From an uncultured Planctomycetota bacterium (GTDB taxonomy: Bacteria > Planctomycetota > Planctomycetia > Isosphaerales > Isosphaeraceae), in the NCBI GenBank assembly GCA_963823665.1, contig CAWGMQ010000004.1:2144001-2208000 (forward strand): DNA of 64,000 bases. The letters are read 5' to 3'. Made by a program: the position numbers and the translations under genes. Positions 23,957 to 35,161 of the stretch are shown here, in pieces; positions within the stretch are counted from its first letter, which is position 1, and the number at the start of each line of letters is the position of its first letter. A model generated the notes under the pieces. That model was not told where the DNA came from, searched no databases, and saw only the letters and a program-made list of their open reading frames with translations.

Positions 23957-24982
23957 CCGCGTGACTGCGATCCGATTCGCGCCTGCCCTTCACACGGTCA
24001 TCACCGTCTCCCGAGGAAATGACCCACGTCCGGGAGATGCACACAACCTTGGGCAGATGGCCGTCGTCCGAGAGAAGTTCCAGGGGCTCGAACCCCCTGG
24101 CAATTGACCTGCGCTTCATTGGAGCGGGTTGTGGCCAAGGCGTGGCCGACAGAAGTCTCGATCCTATAGCACTTGCGGCCGATTTAAGCGGCGAGTGTAC
24201 CGACAGGAGTGTCGGCTGCACGGCGCCCGCGCCGCGCGCGCATACAGAATGAATTTTCTTCCGTACTCGATCTGATCGGTGGAACCCGGAAACTTTCTGG
24301 AAATTTCCCGGTCAACAACGCCACGAATCCGTAAAGTCGTCGCATATTACACGTGAGGACGTGCACCGCGTGAGGCGTTTTGCACCGGGCGGCAGGAAAT
24401 CCAGGCCAATGCCCTGGGCCCTTTTGTTTTGGCCTTTCAGGCCGATCATCAATGGCCGAATCGCGAAAGTGGGCCCATAATATACATAGCTCAGTCTCGA
24501 TCGCTGACACCGGAGTCGGCGCGAGGCATCACACCACCCATGTCTCTGGAACCGGGAATGACTGCTTCGTTTGCTCGAGCGCGTGCTCGAGGATCTCAGC
24601 TCTGCCTGACCACGCCTGTGCCGTGGGAAGAACGGGGCGGGACCGCGCTCGGGAACTGGGCTCGGTGCACGACGAAATCGCCCCGAGTTTTGAGCTGTGC
24701 CGAGCGTGGGACGGGTCTGGACCACGGTGAGGGTGAGTTTTCACCCGTTGGGCCGAGGGATCAAGGAGCGGGACTAATGGCGTTATCCTCTTTGGTTCTC
24801 AGGATTTCCGTGCTGCTTCAGGGTGTTCCGGCCAGCCATCGGACGGGGCTCAAGAAAGCAAGCAAAATGAGACTTTTTCAGGGTCAAGAGTCCCATTCAA
24901 CGGGTCGAGCCGCGTACGGCCCCCTCACGGCCCGTGAACTTGGGTCGAGTAAGGTCTGGCTTGGTTTACCTCATTATGTCGA

Positions 24983-25150
24983 CGTTGCCATATGGCGACG
25001 CGCGTCAGTGGCCGTTGGCACGTTGGTGCTCTTAGCCCGACATTTAGCATGGTCCGAGAGGCTTCGACCTTGTCATTGGTGACTTGCCATGCCGGGTTTT
25101 TCCGGCGTGGTATTGATCCCGTTGGGGAGACTATTTCGTTCCCGATACCC
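24983..25150 (+). ncRNA. Candidate IS110 bridge RNA
   Basis: Structured non-coding left end: a 5' hairpin (24983-25000), a nested stem-loop around GCTCTTAGC, and the hairpin TGCCATGCCGG-GTTTTT-CCGGCGTGGTA (25085-25112). Confidence 0.5.
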
Positions 25151-25209
25151 CTCTTGGCTCGCGGCGCCTTGTCGTTTCACCACACCTACCCGCGAAGCGG
25201 AGAGATCCC

Positions 25210-26649
25210 ATGCTTGTCCCCCACGAAGAGCCGAAGAAGCCACGCAAGCCCAAGAAGCCGAGCAAACCCAAGGAGCCGACCAACAAGCCGCGGGTCAGGT
25301 CGCTTCCCGTCCCCGTCCCCGCCTCCTCTGCACCGCTCAGTGTCGTGAATCCAGACGCAGCCGGAGTTGATGTTCATTCCGACATGCATATGGTCTGCGT
25401 TCCCGCTGACCGCGACGTTGACCCAGTCCGCCAGTTCGGTGCCAACACCGCCGATCTTCAGGAGATCGCCGTGTGGTTAAAGAAATGCGGCGTAAAAACC
25501 GTCGCGTTGGAATCCACCGGCATTTACTGGATTCCTCTGTTCGAGCTCCTCGAATCCCAGGGCTTCGAGGTTATGCTGGTCGAACCGGGACAGCTTTCGC
25601 GTTGTGGCGCGCGCCCCAAGACGGACGTACTCGACGCGCAGTGGATCCAGCGGTTGCACTCCTACGGCCTCTTACGTGGGTCGTTCCGACCTCCGGACTC
25701 CGTGTTGGCCCTGCGCCTACTCCCGGCAACGGCAGATGCTGGTGCGTTACGCCGCTGCTCATGTCCAACACATGCAGAAGGCCTTGGAGCAGATGAACGT
25801 CAAACTGACGGAAGTCATGAGCGACATCACGGGACTGACGGGCATTTCGATCATCGACGCCATTCTGCGAGGCCAACGCAATCCCAAGAAGCTGGCCAAA
25901 CTGCGGCATGGGCGCTGTAATCACAGCGAGGAGCAGATTGCCCTAGCGTTGGAAGGGACATGGCGGCCCGAACATCTCTTCGAGCTGCGGCAGGCCGCGA
26001 GCTGTACCAGTTCCATCATGGGCAGATCACCGAGTGTGACCAGCAGATTGAAGCCGAACTGGCCAAATTCGAAAACCGGGCGGGAGAGAAGACACAAACT
26101 GGTAAGCCACGCACGCGTGGTCGCAAAAGCAACGATGCCCGATTCGAGGCGACGGGCCCGTTGTTCCAGGCATTGGGTGTAGACCTGACAAAAATCGAGG
26201 GAATCGGCGTGGGAACGGCCCTGATCATTCTGGCCGAAATCGGTGTGGACGTCAGTCGGTTTCCCACGGAGAAGCACTTCGCAAGTTGGCTGCGTCTTTG
26301 TCCTTCCCAGGATGAGAGCAATAAGACCAAAAGACGTCGCGGTCATCGCCAAGGGAAGAACCGAGTCGCTATCGCCCTACGGATGGCCGCGCAGTCAGCA
26401 GGCAAGACGATGACACCCTTGGGCATGTACTACCGACGGATCAAAAGTCGGATCGGTGGACTTGGAGCCGTCAAGGCGACTGCACACAAGCTGGCCTGTT
26501 TGGTCTACAGGATGCTCAAGTACGGCGAAGAGTATGTGACCCAGTCGATGGAGGAGTACGAGGCCAAGATCAAAGCCAATCTGGTGAGAGCGCTCCAGCG
26601 GAAGGCGGCGGCGATGGGCTTCCAGCTCAGTCCGATAGCAACGCTATAG
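25210..26649 (+). CDS. IS110-family DEDD recombinase/transposase; frameshifts near 25716 and 25996
   Basis: Motifs AAGVDVHS, ALESTGIYW and PKTDVLDA, and C-terminal IEGIG...AEIGVDVSRFPTEKHFASWLRLCP and ATAHKLA. Confidence 0.92.
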
Positions 26650-26992
26650 AGGAATCGATCGAGGCCGTCGCCATCGCGCTACAGGCCTGTCACAATGCTC
26701 AACGCCGCGAAGCCCACTTCTCGCATATTCGTTGTTATGGGGGTCTGGGGGAAATCTGCGCGTCGTTCGCTACAAAATGCAGGAACAAACCCCAAATAAT
26801 CGAGTCATGTTGTTGATTGCTTGGGGAGTTCATGGGGAGTTCCATTCACTTATACTTATTTATGGCATGCGATACATGTCTCGAGAGCCGGAACGAGGCA
26901 TTTTCGATTTTGGATTTTGGATTGGACGAGCTAAGGCCCGGGACAGAGCTGGAGGGAGAGCGGATCACGGTGACCGGCACGGCCGGGTGCTA

Positions 26993-27042
26993 TTCCCGTA
27001 ATCCTTGTGGCATAAGGGCGCACGTCGAATATACAAAACGAA
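26993..27042 (+). repeat. Dispersed ~50-bp element ending CGAATATACAAAACGAA (other copies at 50143, 50620 and 53728 on the minus strand)
   Basis: The 17-mer is exact in all four copies and is preceded by a similar CCTT-N7-AAG arm. Confidence 0.8.
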
Positions 27043-27799
27043 CTCTTCGGTGAAGGTAGAGGGTTGAACACGGAAAGCGGGAGCCAGGCATGCCCGTGCT
27101 AGTGGTTAAGGTCATCATCGCGGACAGGCCGATCGAGAACTCCACACTTCAGGGCACGGAGATCGTCGGCACTACTACCCGAACGCGGCCTGTTCTGAAC
27201 CGGGCCACTTTTCGAGAGGTTCGGCAGCCCGCGACTATGCGGTGAACACGGCAGGCCGGATATCAGGCGAGACGAGAACCGATCGCGACGCGATGTCCAC
27301 TTTGAGGGTGGACGGCAGCTTGGATCTGTACCCGGTGAGGCAACGCGCGATCGGCGCGCGTTACGAATATTCCTGCGCCACACGCAACTCGCAGAAGGAC
27401 ATGGGTTTGTGTTGATTTCGTGCACACCGATTATTCCTGCGCCACACCTAACTCCAAGCGCCGCTAGGCTGTGGCGCATGTGCGCACAATCGGGGGTCTC
27501 GCAAACTGTTTTTTGCTTCCTCCGGCCTTGAGAGAGCGAGCGTCCCGCTCTCAGGCGGCCGTTTCGATGGGCGAGGCCGGCGAGCATGTCGTCGTGGGTA
27601 ATGTCATCGTGGCCACATGGCTCACCGAGCACGTTGCGCTACGAGGTCCAGGTGTTCCAGCGGCAACTGGCCGATCATGACCCGTATATCATCCGGGACT
27701 TCCGTCACGTCCTCCGAGAGATGCAGAGCCTGATATCGGCGCGGCTACGCAAGTCGTAATCTTGAGCCGGTTGTCTGACAGAATTCGGGAGCCTTGTCG

Positions 27800-28066
27800 A
27801 TGCCGCGGACGCGTGCCAGGTTGATCGCGAGCTTGGTGGTGCTTGGCGTCTTGCTCACGGGAGGCACCGCGGTGATCTATCGCGAGATCGTCGAGCGCTG
27901 GGGAGCCGATCCACGTGGGACACTGATCGCCGCAGCGACGGTCGGGATCTCATTCTTTATCTCGATGAACTTACTGCTCGCCTGGGATGAGGGGCGACGA
28001 CGAAGACTTGGTTTGAAGGAAAATGGAGCGGGGCAATCCAGAGGCGATGATCCGCGATCCTCATAA
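27800..28066 (+). CDS. Small two-TM membrane protein
   Basis: Two hydrophobic helices and a basic C-terminal tail. Confidence 0.55.
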   Translation: MPRTRARLIASLVVLGVLLTGGTAVIYREIVERWGADPRGTLIAAATVGISFFISMNLLLAWDEGRRRRLGLKENGAGQSRGDDPRSS

Positions 28067-28196
28067 TTCAGAAGGCTGTTGGTGGAATCTCGATTTCGGC
28101 TGGCCGCTCGGATAGCCTGTTATCCATCGACCAAGCGGTAAAAGCCTCTTGGAGAAAACGACGCTCTGTCGCAAGCGAAACGAGGAACTTCCGGCG

Positions 28197-31100
28197 ATGT
28201 CACACGTCATGCACTTGATCGCGGCTTTATTGCCTCTTTTCGCTCAAATCCCTGACAAGGGAGATGTGCTCAAGACCGTTGCCGAGCGGAGCGAGTATCG
28301 CGCGACCGCGCGGTATGACGAGGTGGCCGCGTGGTGTCAGGCATTCGCCAAGACGACGCCGCTTGCGCATTTGACTGAGCTGGGCCGATCTTCCGAAGGG
28401 AGATCGATCCCGCTGTTGATCGTCGCGGATCCTCCGGTCCGATCGGCTGCGCAAGCCACGCGCTCGGATAAGTTGATCGTTTTTGCGATCGGCAATATTC
28501 ACGCCGGTGAGGTTTGCGGTAAAGAGGCGTTGCCGATGCTCTTGCGTGAGATTTGCTCGAGCCCGCATCCGGCTTTGCTCAAGGACGTCATCTTGGCCGT
28601 TGCGCCGATTTACAACACGGACGGAAACGAGCGCGTCTCGAAGACGAACAGACCAGGCCAAGTTGGTCCGGAAGAGGGGATGGGCCAGCGGGCGAATGCA
28701 CGAGGCCTCGACCTGAACCGTGACTTCATCAAGCTGGAAGCACCGGAGACCCAGGGGCTCGTTCGCTTCTTGAACCAATGGAACCCTCACCTTTTTATCG
28801 ACACGCACACGACGAACGGTTCTTACCACCGTTACACGATCACGTACGAAGGGCCGAAGACACCCGCCGGTGATTCCCAGGTCATCAGCTTCATGCGCAA
28901 GACCTTTTTCCCCGAGGTCACCACGGCGTTCGAGAAGCGAACCGACTTGAAGGCGTACTATTACGGGAATTTCAATCGCGATCACACGCAGTGGACGACG
29001 TATCCAGCCGAGGCCCGATATGGCACGACCTACGTCGGACTGAGAAACCGTCTGTCCGTTCTCTCCGAGGCGTACACGTACGCACCATACAAGACGCGCG
29101 TGCTGGCCACACGCGACTTTGTGCGCGAGTGCGTGGAAACAGCAGTAAAGCATAAGGCTGAAATCATCAAGGTGCTCGACGGGGCCCGCGAGCGCTCCGC
29201 ACACGCCACACCTTCTTCCCCCAACGCGCCAGTTGAGATGGCAGCAATCCAATCCAAAGTTCGAGCTGCGGGAGAACCGGTGACTGTGCTCGGTTATGTC
29301 GAGACCCAGGAAAACGGTCGCCGCAAGAAGACCGATACCACAAAGGACTATGCGCTTCAGTTGATGAACGAGTTTGAGCCGGCGGAGAGCGTCAGGCGTC
29401 CGTTTGCCTATCTCGTTCCGGCTTCATTCCCGCAAGCGATCGAGGCGATCAAGCGGCATGGCCTTGAAGTCCAGGAGATGCGGGAGGATCTCGAGCTTGA
29501 TGTGGAGGTCTACCGGCTCGACAAAGTGGAGCGCTCGCCGCGCCGTTTTGAGGGCCATCAATCTATCAAGCTCGCGACGACATCGCGCCGCGAGTCGCGG
29601 ATGATCAAGGCTGGAAGTCTCGTGGTGCGCACGGCCCAACCTCTGGGAGATCTTGCGATTTATCTCCTCGAACCGGGCTCCGAGGACGGGCTGGCCACAT
29701 GGAACTTTTTCGACGAGGGGTTGAAGGATGGAGTCGATTTCCCGGTCGTCCGGCTGGCTCGGCCAGCACCGATGACCGTCAGCCCGGCCGAGCCCCTGGC
29801 GGAAGACCGTGGGCCGATTCGCCCAATCACGTTTCAATCAGCAGGTGGCGGGGGCGGGCGACGAGGAGGGGGGGGGTTCTTTGGACGGCAGCAATGGGTC
29901 GACGACGAGCATTGGCTGCAAGTCCGGGACGGCCGTCTGGTCAAAGTGCACGCGGCAACGGGGCGTGCCGAGCCTTTCGTGGATGCAAAAGCATTGGCCA
30001 AGAGCCTCGCCCGGATTCCCTCGCTCGACGCGGATACTGCGCAAGCGATCGCCGGAGGAATGTCTTTCGACATGGATCCGAAGCATCGAGGCTTCCTCTT
30101 CGAGCATGCTCAGGACCTTTACTACGCGTCATTTGATCTGGCGACTGCAGTTCGATTGACGAACGCGCCCGGCCGTGAGCAATTTCCCAAGTTCAGCCCC
30201 GATGGCAAGGCGGTTGCGTATGTGCGCGACTTTGACCTTTACGCAGTGGACATCGCCAGTCAAAGCGAGCACCGTTTGACCACCGGCGGCCGCGATGACC
30301 TGCGCCACGGTCACTCCGACTGGGTCTACTTCGAAGAGATCTGGAATCGCCGCTGGCCTGCGTACTGGTGGAGCCCCGATTCGAAGCAGCTTGCGTTCAT
30401 GGAATTTGATGATTCGGGGGTTCCGTACCACACCGTGATCGATGACACCGGCAGCACCAGGCGAGAAGAAAAGACCCATTACCCGAAGTCGGGCGAGCCG
30501 AACCCGAAGGTGCGATTCGGGGTTGTCACGGCGCTGGGGGGACCGATTCAGTGGGCCGATTTGTCGGATTACTCACCAGACTCATTCTTAATCAGCGACG
30601 CGGGCTGGTGGCCGGACAGCTCGGCGGCGTATTGCTATGCACAGAACCGCACGCAGACCTGGCTCGATCTCGTCAAGTTCAACCCGGGTGGACAGGGTTC
30701 TGTCAAGCGTGTGTTCCGTGATTCGACGAAGGCGTGGATCGAATCCAACGGGCCCATTCACTGGCTGGACGACGGGTCGTTCCTCTGGCTCAGCGAGCGC
30801 GATGGCTGGAAGCACCTGTATCACTACGCCGGCGATGGCACCTTGAAGACTCAGCTTACCTCGGGGAACTGGGAGGTTCGCGCACTGGAGCATGTCGACA
30901 CCAAGAATGGCTGGGCGTATTTCACCGCAACTCGCGACAACCCGGTGGCGACGAACCTCTACCGCCTCAAGCTTGGGGGAGGCTCGATGGAGCGACTCAC
31001 TCAGTCAGAAGGAAGCAACACGGCCTCGATGAGCCCGCAAGGCGGTTATTTCGTCTCGAACTGGTCCGATATTCGCAACCCAGGGAACACGCGGCTTTTC

Positions 31101-32030
31101 GCCTCCGACGGGCGGTTGGTTCGAACGCTTGATTCGAATCCGTCTCACGATCTCAAGCGGCTGCGATTCGGCCCGCGTGAGCGAGTGAAGATTCCCACCA
31201 AAGACGGGTTTATCCTGGAAGCCGAGCTGGTGCTGCCGCCGGATCTCGACCCGGGCAAGAAACATCCGGTCTGGTTCATGACATACGGTGGGCCTCATGC
31301 GCCCACGGTCTCTGACTCGTGGGCGGGGGGGCGCATGTACGACCAGGCTCTTGCCACTGAGGGTTTCATCGCCTTCAGGATGGACCCGCGTCCTGCCAGC
31401 GGTAAAGGTGCTAACTCAGCGTGGACTGCCTACAAGCACCTGGGAGTGCAGGAGCTCGAAGACATCAAAACAGCCATCAACTGGTTGAAGCAGCGGTCAT
31501 ACGTGGACGGTTCCCGGATCGGTATGGCCGGCCATAGCTACGGCGGCTATATCACCGCCTACGCGATGACGCACAGTGATCTCTTCGCGGCGGGTATCGC
31601 TGGTGCGCCAGTGACCGATTGGCGTGATTATGATTCGATCTACACCGAACGCTATATGGGGCTGCCGCAGGACAATCCGGAGGGCTACAACGTCTCGTCG
31701 GTTGTGCGTGCCGCCGGCAAGCTGCACGGCAAGCTGCTAATCCTTCACGGTGTGATTGACGACAACGTTTCGTTCCGGAACTCGATGAGGTTCGTCCAGG
31801 CCCTGCAGGAGGCGAACAAGGATTTTGAGCTAATGGTATATCCATCGTCCCGCCACGGGATCTTTGGACCGCACTACAGCAGGATTCAGCTCGACTTCAT
31901 CAGGCGCACCCTGGCCGAGCCCAAACAGCAAAAACCGGTATCGCCCGGCGAAGTCGCATCGGGTGGGGCGGTGATAGAACCGGCTCGACCGGTTTCTGTA
32001 GGCGGCCGCAGGGCATTGCTGGGACGCTGA
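28197..32030 (+). CDS. M14 zinc carboxypeptidase fused to an S9B (DPP IV-like) peptidase
   Basis: M14 motifs GNIHAGE, DLNRD and DTH; a DPPIV_N propeller (DWVYFEE, WWSPDS, YPKSG); S9 triad motifs GHSYGG, DDNV and HG. Confidence 0.92.
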   Translation: MSHVMHLIAALLPLFAQIPDKGDVLKTVAERSEYRATARYDEVAAWCQAFAKTTPLAHLTELGRSSEGRSIPLLIVADPPVRSAAQATRSDKLIVFAIGNIHAGEVCGKEALPMLLREICSSPHPALLKDVILAVAPIYNTDGNERVSKTNRPGQVGPEEGMGQRANARGLDLNRDFIKLEAPETQGLVRFLNQWNPHLFIDTHTTNGSYHRYTITYEGPKTPAGDSQVISFMRKTFFPEVTTAFEKRTDLKAYYYGNFNRDHTQWTTYPAEARYGTTYVGLRNRLSVLSEAYTYAPYKTRVLATRDFVRECVETAVKHKAEIIKVLDGARERSAHATPSSPNAPVEMAAIQSKVRAAGEPVTVLGYVETQENGRRKKTDTTKDYALQLMNEFEPAESVRRPFAYLVPASFPQAIEAIKRHGLEVQEMREDLELDVEVYRLDKVERSPRRFEGHQSIKLATTSRRESRMIKAGSLVVRTAQPLGDLAIYLLEPGSEDGLATWNFFDEGLKDGVDFPVVRLARPAPMTVSPAEPLAEDRGPIRPITFQSAGGGGGRRGGGGFFGRQQWVDDEHWLQVRDGRLVKVHAATGRAEPFVDAKALAKSLARIPSLDADTAQAIAGGMSFDMDPKHRGFLFEHAQDLYYASFDLATAVRLTNAPGREQFPKFSPDGKAVAYVRDFDLYAVDIASQSEHRLTTGGRDDLRHGHSDWVYFEEIWNRRWPAYWWSPDSKQLAFMEFDDSGVPYHTVIDDTGSTRREEKTHYPKSGEPNPKVRFGVVTALGGPIQWADLSDYSPDSFLISDAGWWPDSSAAYCYAQNRTQTWLDLVKFNPGGQGSVKRVFRDSTKAWIESNGPIHWLDDGSFLWLSERDGWKHLYHYAGDGTLKTQLTSGNWEVRALEHVDTKNGWAYFTATRDNPVATNLYRLKLGGGSMERLTQSEGSNTASMSPQGGYFVSNWSDIRNPGNTRLFASDGRLVRTLDSNPSHDLKRLRFGPRERVKIPTKDGFILEAELVLPPDLDPGKKHPVWFMTYGGPHAPTVSDSWAGGRMYDQALATEGFIAFRMDPRPASGKGANSAWTAYKHLGVQELEDIKTAINWLKQRSYVDGSRIGMAGHSYGGYITAYAMTHSDLFAAGIAGAPVTDWRDYDSIYTERYMGLPQDNPEGYNVSSVVRAAGKLHGKLLILHGVIDDNVSFRNSMRFVQALQEANKDFELMVYPSSRHGIFGPHYSRIQLDFIRRTLAEPKQQKPVSPGEVASGGAVIEPARPVSVGGRRALLGR

Positions 32031-32174
32031 AATAGCGTTGCAACGTCCACCAAGCGGCGGGCGGGGCCACTGTGCCATCGCCAGTTAACACATCGCTCGA
32101 TGCCCGTCCGTACCGGTTGACAAGCTTTCAGAAGATCAGTCGTCAGTCTTCCAAAAGGTTGGCCGAAGCCGTGT

Positions 32175-32606
32175 TCAAGCCGATGCGCGGCAGCGCCAGC
32201 GATCGAACCCGCATTCGATGCGGGCACAATTGACGTCCAAGGCGAGCAGGATCTCGTGCACATCGCCCATCGGTATCTGATGCTTGAGTGCCCACTGAAT
32301 GATGTCGAGATTCTCCCGGCCATCCTTCAAGTGATCGATGATCGGGTCGATCAGCGGCGACGACTGGAACGCTGTCCGCAGAATTCCGAAATCTCGATGA
32401 TCGAGCTCGATCCAGAAGGTCTTGCCCTGGAGATGCTCCAGCCAGCGATGTCTCAAGAATCCGCGCCAGTGCTCGCCGATCCACATCCGGATGGCTGTCT
32501 CACCCAGATCACGTCCTGCCTTCTGGCTTTCAATCCATTTGTACTGCAGGGCTTCTTCTTCGGCGCACTGATGCAGGCTCATACGACGAGCGGAAGAGTG
32601 GTCCAT
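32175..32606 (-). CDS. Conserved hypothetical protein (DUF4032-like)
   Basis: YKWIESQKAGRDLGETAIRMW motif; start codon estimated. Confidence 0.65.
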   Translation of the reverse strand: MDHSSARRMSLHQCAEEEALQYKWIESQKAGRDLGETAIRMWIGEHWRGFLRHRWLEHLQGKTFWIELDHRDFGILRTAFQSSPLIDPIIDHLKDGRENLDIIQWALKHQIPMGDVHEILLALDVNCARIECGFDRWRCRASA

Positions 32607-33097
32607 GATGGGTATCGTTCTTCGACACTCAGGCATCGAGAACCTCCAGGCTGAGCCGCGGAACCACTCCTTCGGGATCTCGCACGGAAAACTCAGTTTC
32701 TCGACGAAGACGAGTGCACGAGCCGTCTTCCGAACCGGCACCAAGACGTAGGGGAGAGCCACACCTCGTTGAACCCAAGCAACACGATTAACCGATCAAA
32801 AGGGATCATTCCCAAATTATCGGTAGTTGGCCCAGTCTAGCTCACGAACTCCGCTCAGGCAAGAGGGCCATCGCGACACTATGCATCATTGTATGCTCGC
32901 ATGGGCTTGACATCCAGGGAGGGTAACTCAAAATGGCAATCGACAAAGACGACCCTGGAAAGATGAAGTCTACAGATTCCGATCGGCGGCGGGTTCTGAA
33001 AACGGCGGCCGTGTTGAGTGGAGCGTCGTTCCGTAACGCGGGCGAGCTTCTGGCCGGTGTAGCCAGGCGGCTTGAGCCGGAGCATGCCAGACGGCGC

Positions 33098-35089
33098 TTA
33101 CTTGGCAGCCCGGCTGAATTCATTTTTGAACCACGCGAGTGATTTACCGAGCATGATCGCAGTGCCAGGCGGGCCGGCGGCCATTTGTCCAGCGGGCATC
33201 TCGGTTACCGCACGCCAGCGCACGCGACCGTCGATGGTCGCACCGATCAGGTGAACGTTGTGGCGAGAGACACGCAAGATTTCACCCTCCGCGTTCGTTG
33301 TGAAAACGCTGTTGGAATCATCAGTGGCTGAGCCTTGTCCATGCATGGCACCCGAGCCGTCGAAGGCAAGCGCCCGGCCGTCAGCCGAGGTAATCACAGC
33401 GAAGCGCCCGAGTCGAAGCAGCGACCAACCTTCCCAGGGGATCTGGCGGTCCCAGACGACTTCGCCGCGTAGGTTGTGCCCGCGCAGCCACTGGGCTCGG
33501 CGCGCCAGGCTGACCCAGGTGACGCCGGGCGGTGACCCCTGTGGTGCCTCGATGAGGAGAGGCGGATCGGTGGGGTCGGCGGTGAAACCGACATGCGATT
33601 CTCCCGCTGGGTCAAAGACCTGAAGCTGGCCACCATTTGTGGAGATTGCAGAGAAGCCCTGAGGGCCGATGGCCAGGTCTTCCACGGGAAAGCGCAGTTC
33701 ATGCTTCCAGATCCAGCGCCCAGCAGTGGAGAGTCTGCTGATGCGGTCGCGTTCTTGAATCAAGGCCAACCCGAAATCGTCGGGCTTGATGGCCAGATGC
33801 GTGAGCTGCACCAAGCTCACGTCAAGACGCGTCATGGAGTTGCGCCTGAGATCGCAGAGCAGGATTTGACGATCTGTCGCGGCGGCGAGCCAACCGGGGG
33901 CAGTGCGAAGGATCCGGCCGACACCTCCGAGATCAGGACCCTGGCCCAGCTTGCTGCCTTTTGTGTCGAAGAGCTGCAGGCGATGTGGACTTGTGAACAA
34001 GGCGATTGCGGGCGGATCTTCAACGACACTGATGACCGCGGTCTCGGACTGCTGCTCGGTCTCAACGACGGGGATCAGCCAGTCCGGGCTGCGCACCGAG
34101 CTGGCTGTACCGCCTGTCACCTGGCCAGAGGCTGCGGCTGGCCGCGGAGTCGCGGCAGGGTGGTCCTGCTTGCCACCGAAGAGGTCCAACCTGAAAATCT
34201 CGCCGGTCGAATAACCATAGATGAGGTATCTGCCAAGCGGATCGACCTCAAGCGCCACGACTGGGCGCGGCAGGCTGGTCCGCCAGCGTACATTTCCGGC
34301 CGAGTTGATCACCGCGAGGTCGTTTTCCAAAGTTGCGGTCGCGATTGTCCGGCCGGGGAAATCTGGCACAGCGTGCGCTACGGTGCCGCCCAGGTGATAC
34401 GAACCTTCGTTGCGCCCCCTCAGGTCGAATCGCTGGATTCCCAGCGTGTAGCAGCTCGCCAGGATCATGCCGCCGTCGCCGTCGACGGACAGCCGGCCGA
34501 CGTTCGAGAGCAGCCGGTCCTGCCAGATGATCTCGATATCGAGCCGCCCCTGTGTGCGGCCTTGCTCGATCGCGATACCCACAATCGTGCCAAAAGCGGC
34601 GGCGCCAACAGCCATTGGTCGACCGGGAACAAAGCAGAGATGTGACAGCGAATGCATCGTCTCGAGATTTCCCGCCGCACGGCCATAGCGGTTGAAGAAA
34701 TGAAAAGTCGTCTGCCGAGTCCCCACGCCGACGTATCGGCCATGCGGGTCGATCGTCACGAATGTCGCGTCGGCTGGGGCTGCTCGCTCCTGCTCGACCT
34801 CGAAATCAGCATTCAACAGAAGCAGGCCGGAATCCTCCGGCTCGACGAGCAGAGCAATCAGACTGCCGTCATCGCTGATCGCGGCCGAGTTGATGCGATT
34901 GGGCACGCGAGAAAATGAGAGCGACTCGCCCTGAGTGTTCAGGAGATAAAGTTGGTTCCCTTCATCCCAGGCGAGGATCGTTCCCGCCTCACGAGCGAAC
35001 GAAAGCCCCTTCAGCGGGGAGTCAGTCACCACCGTCCAGGACGTGTAGGGTTCCAACCGAGTCGACGCCCGGCCGGTCATCTCGGTCAT
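33098..35089 (-). CDS. Hypothetical double beta-propeller (WD40/PQQ-like) protein
   Basis: 663-aa ORF with two beta-rich halves carrying G...W blade motifs, joined by a Pro/Ala linker. Confidence 0.7.
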   Translation of the reverse strand: MTEMTGRASTRLEPYTSWTVVTDSPLKGLSFAREAGTILAWDEGNQLYLLNTQGESLSFSRVPNRINSAAISDDGSLIALLVEPEDSGLLLLNADFEVEQERAAPADATFVTIDPHGRYVGVGTRQTTFHFFNRYGRAAGNLETMHSLSHLCFVPGRPMAVGAAAFGTIVGIAIEQGRTQGRLDIEIIWQDRLLSNVGRLSVDGDGGMILASCYTLGIQRFDLRGRNEGSYHLGGTVAHAVPDFPGRTIATATLENDLAVINSAGNVRWRTSLPRPVVALEVDPLGRYLIYGYSTGEIFRLDLFGGKQDHPAATPRPAAASGQVTGGTASSVRSPDWLIPVVETEQQSETAVISVVEDPPAIALFTSPHRLQLFDTKGSKLGQGPDLGGVGRILRTAPGWLAAATDRQILLCDLRRNSMTRLDVSLVQLTHLAIKPDDFGLALIQERDRISRLSTAGRWIWKHELRFPVEDLAIGPQGFSAISTNGGQLQVFDPAGESHVGFTADPTDPPLLIEAPQGSPPGVTWVSLARRAQWLRGHNLRGEVVWDRQIPWEGWSLLRLGRFAVITSADGRALAFDGSGAMHGQGSATDDSNSVFTTNAEGEILRVSRHNVHLIGATIDGRVRWRAVTEMPAGQMAAGPPGTAIMLGKSLAWFKNEFSRAAK

Positions 35090-35161
35090 CGGTCGCTCCC
35101 GGCAGCTAAGTTCAACTCAGCCCATCCCGCTCGGAAGTTATTCGGGCGAGGTACGCGGGCG

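Larger units (their letters stand above)
24888..26848 (+). mobile_element. IS110-family insertion sequence (ends tentative)
   Basis: Contains an IS110 recombinase and shows no terminal inverted repeats. It is flanked by GAGTCCCATTCA (24888) and GAGTTCCATTCA (26837). Confidence 0.6.

Noticed and set aside
23960..24880. ORFs between the kinase receptor and the IS110
   Set aside because: No recognisable motifs or convincing starts; left unannotated.
25700..26010. Programmed frameshifting in the IS110 gene
   Set aside because: No slippery motifs were seen, this is not typical of IS110, and the breaks look like 1-2 nt deletions in GC runs.
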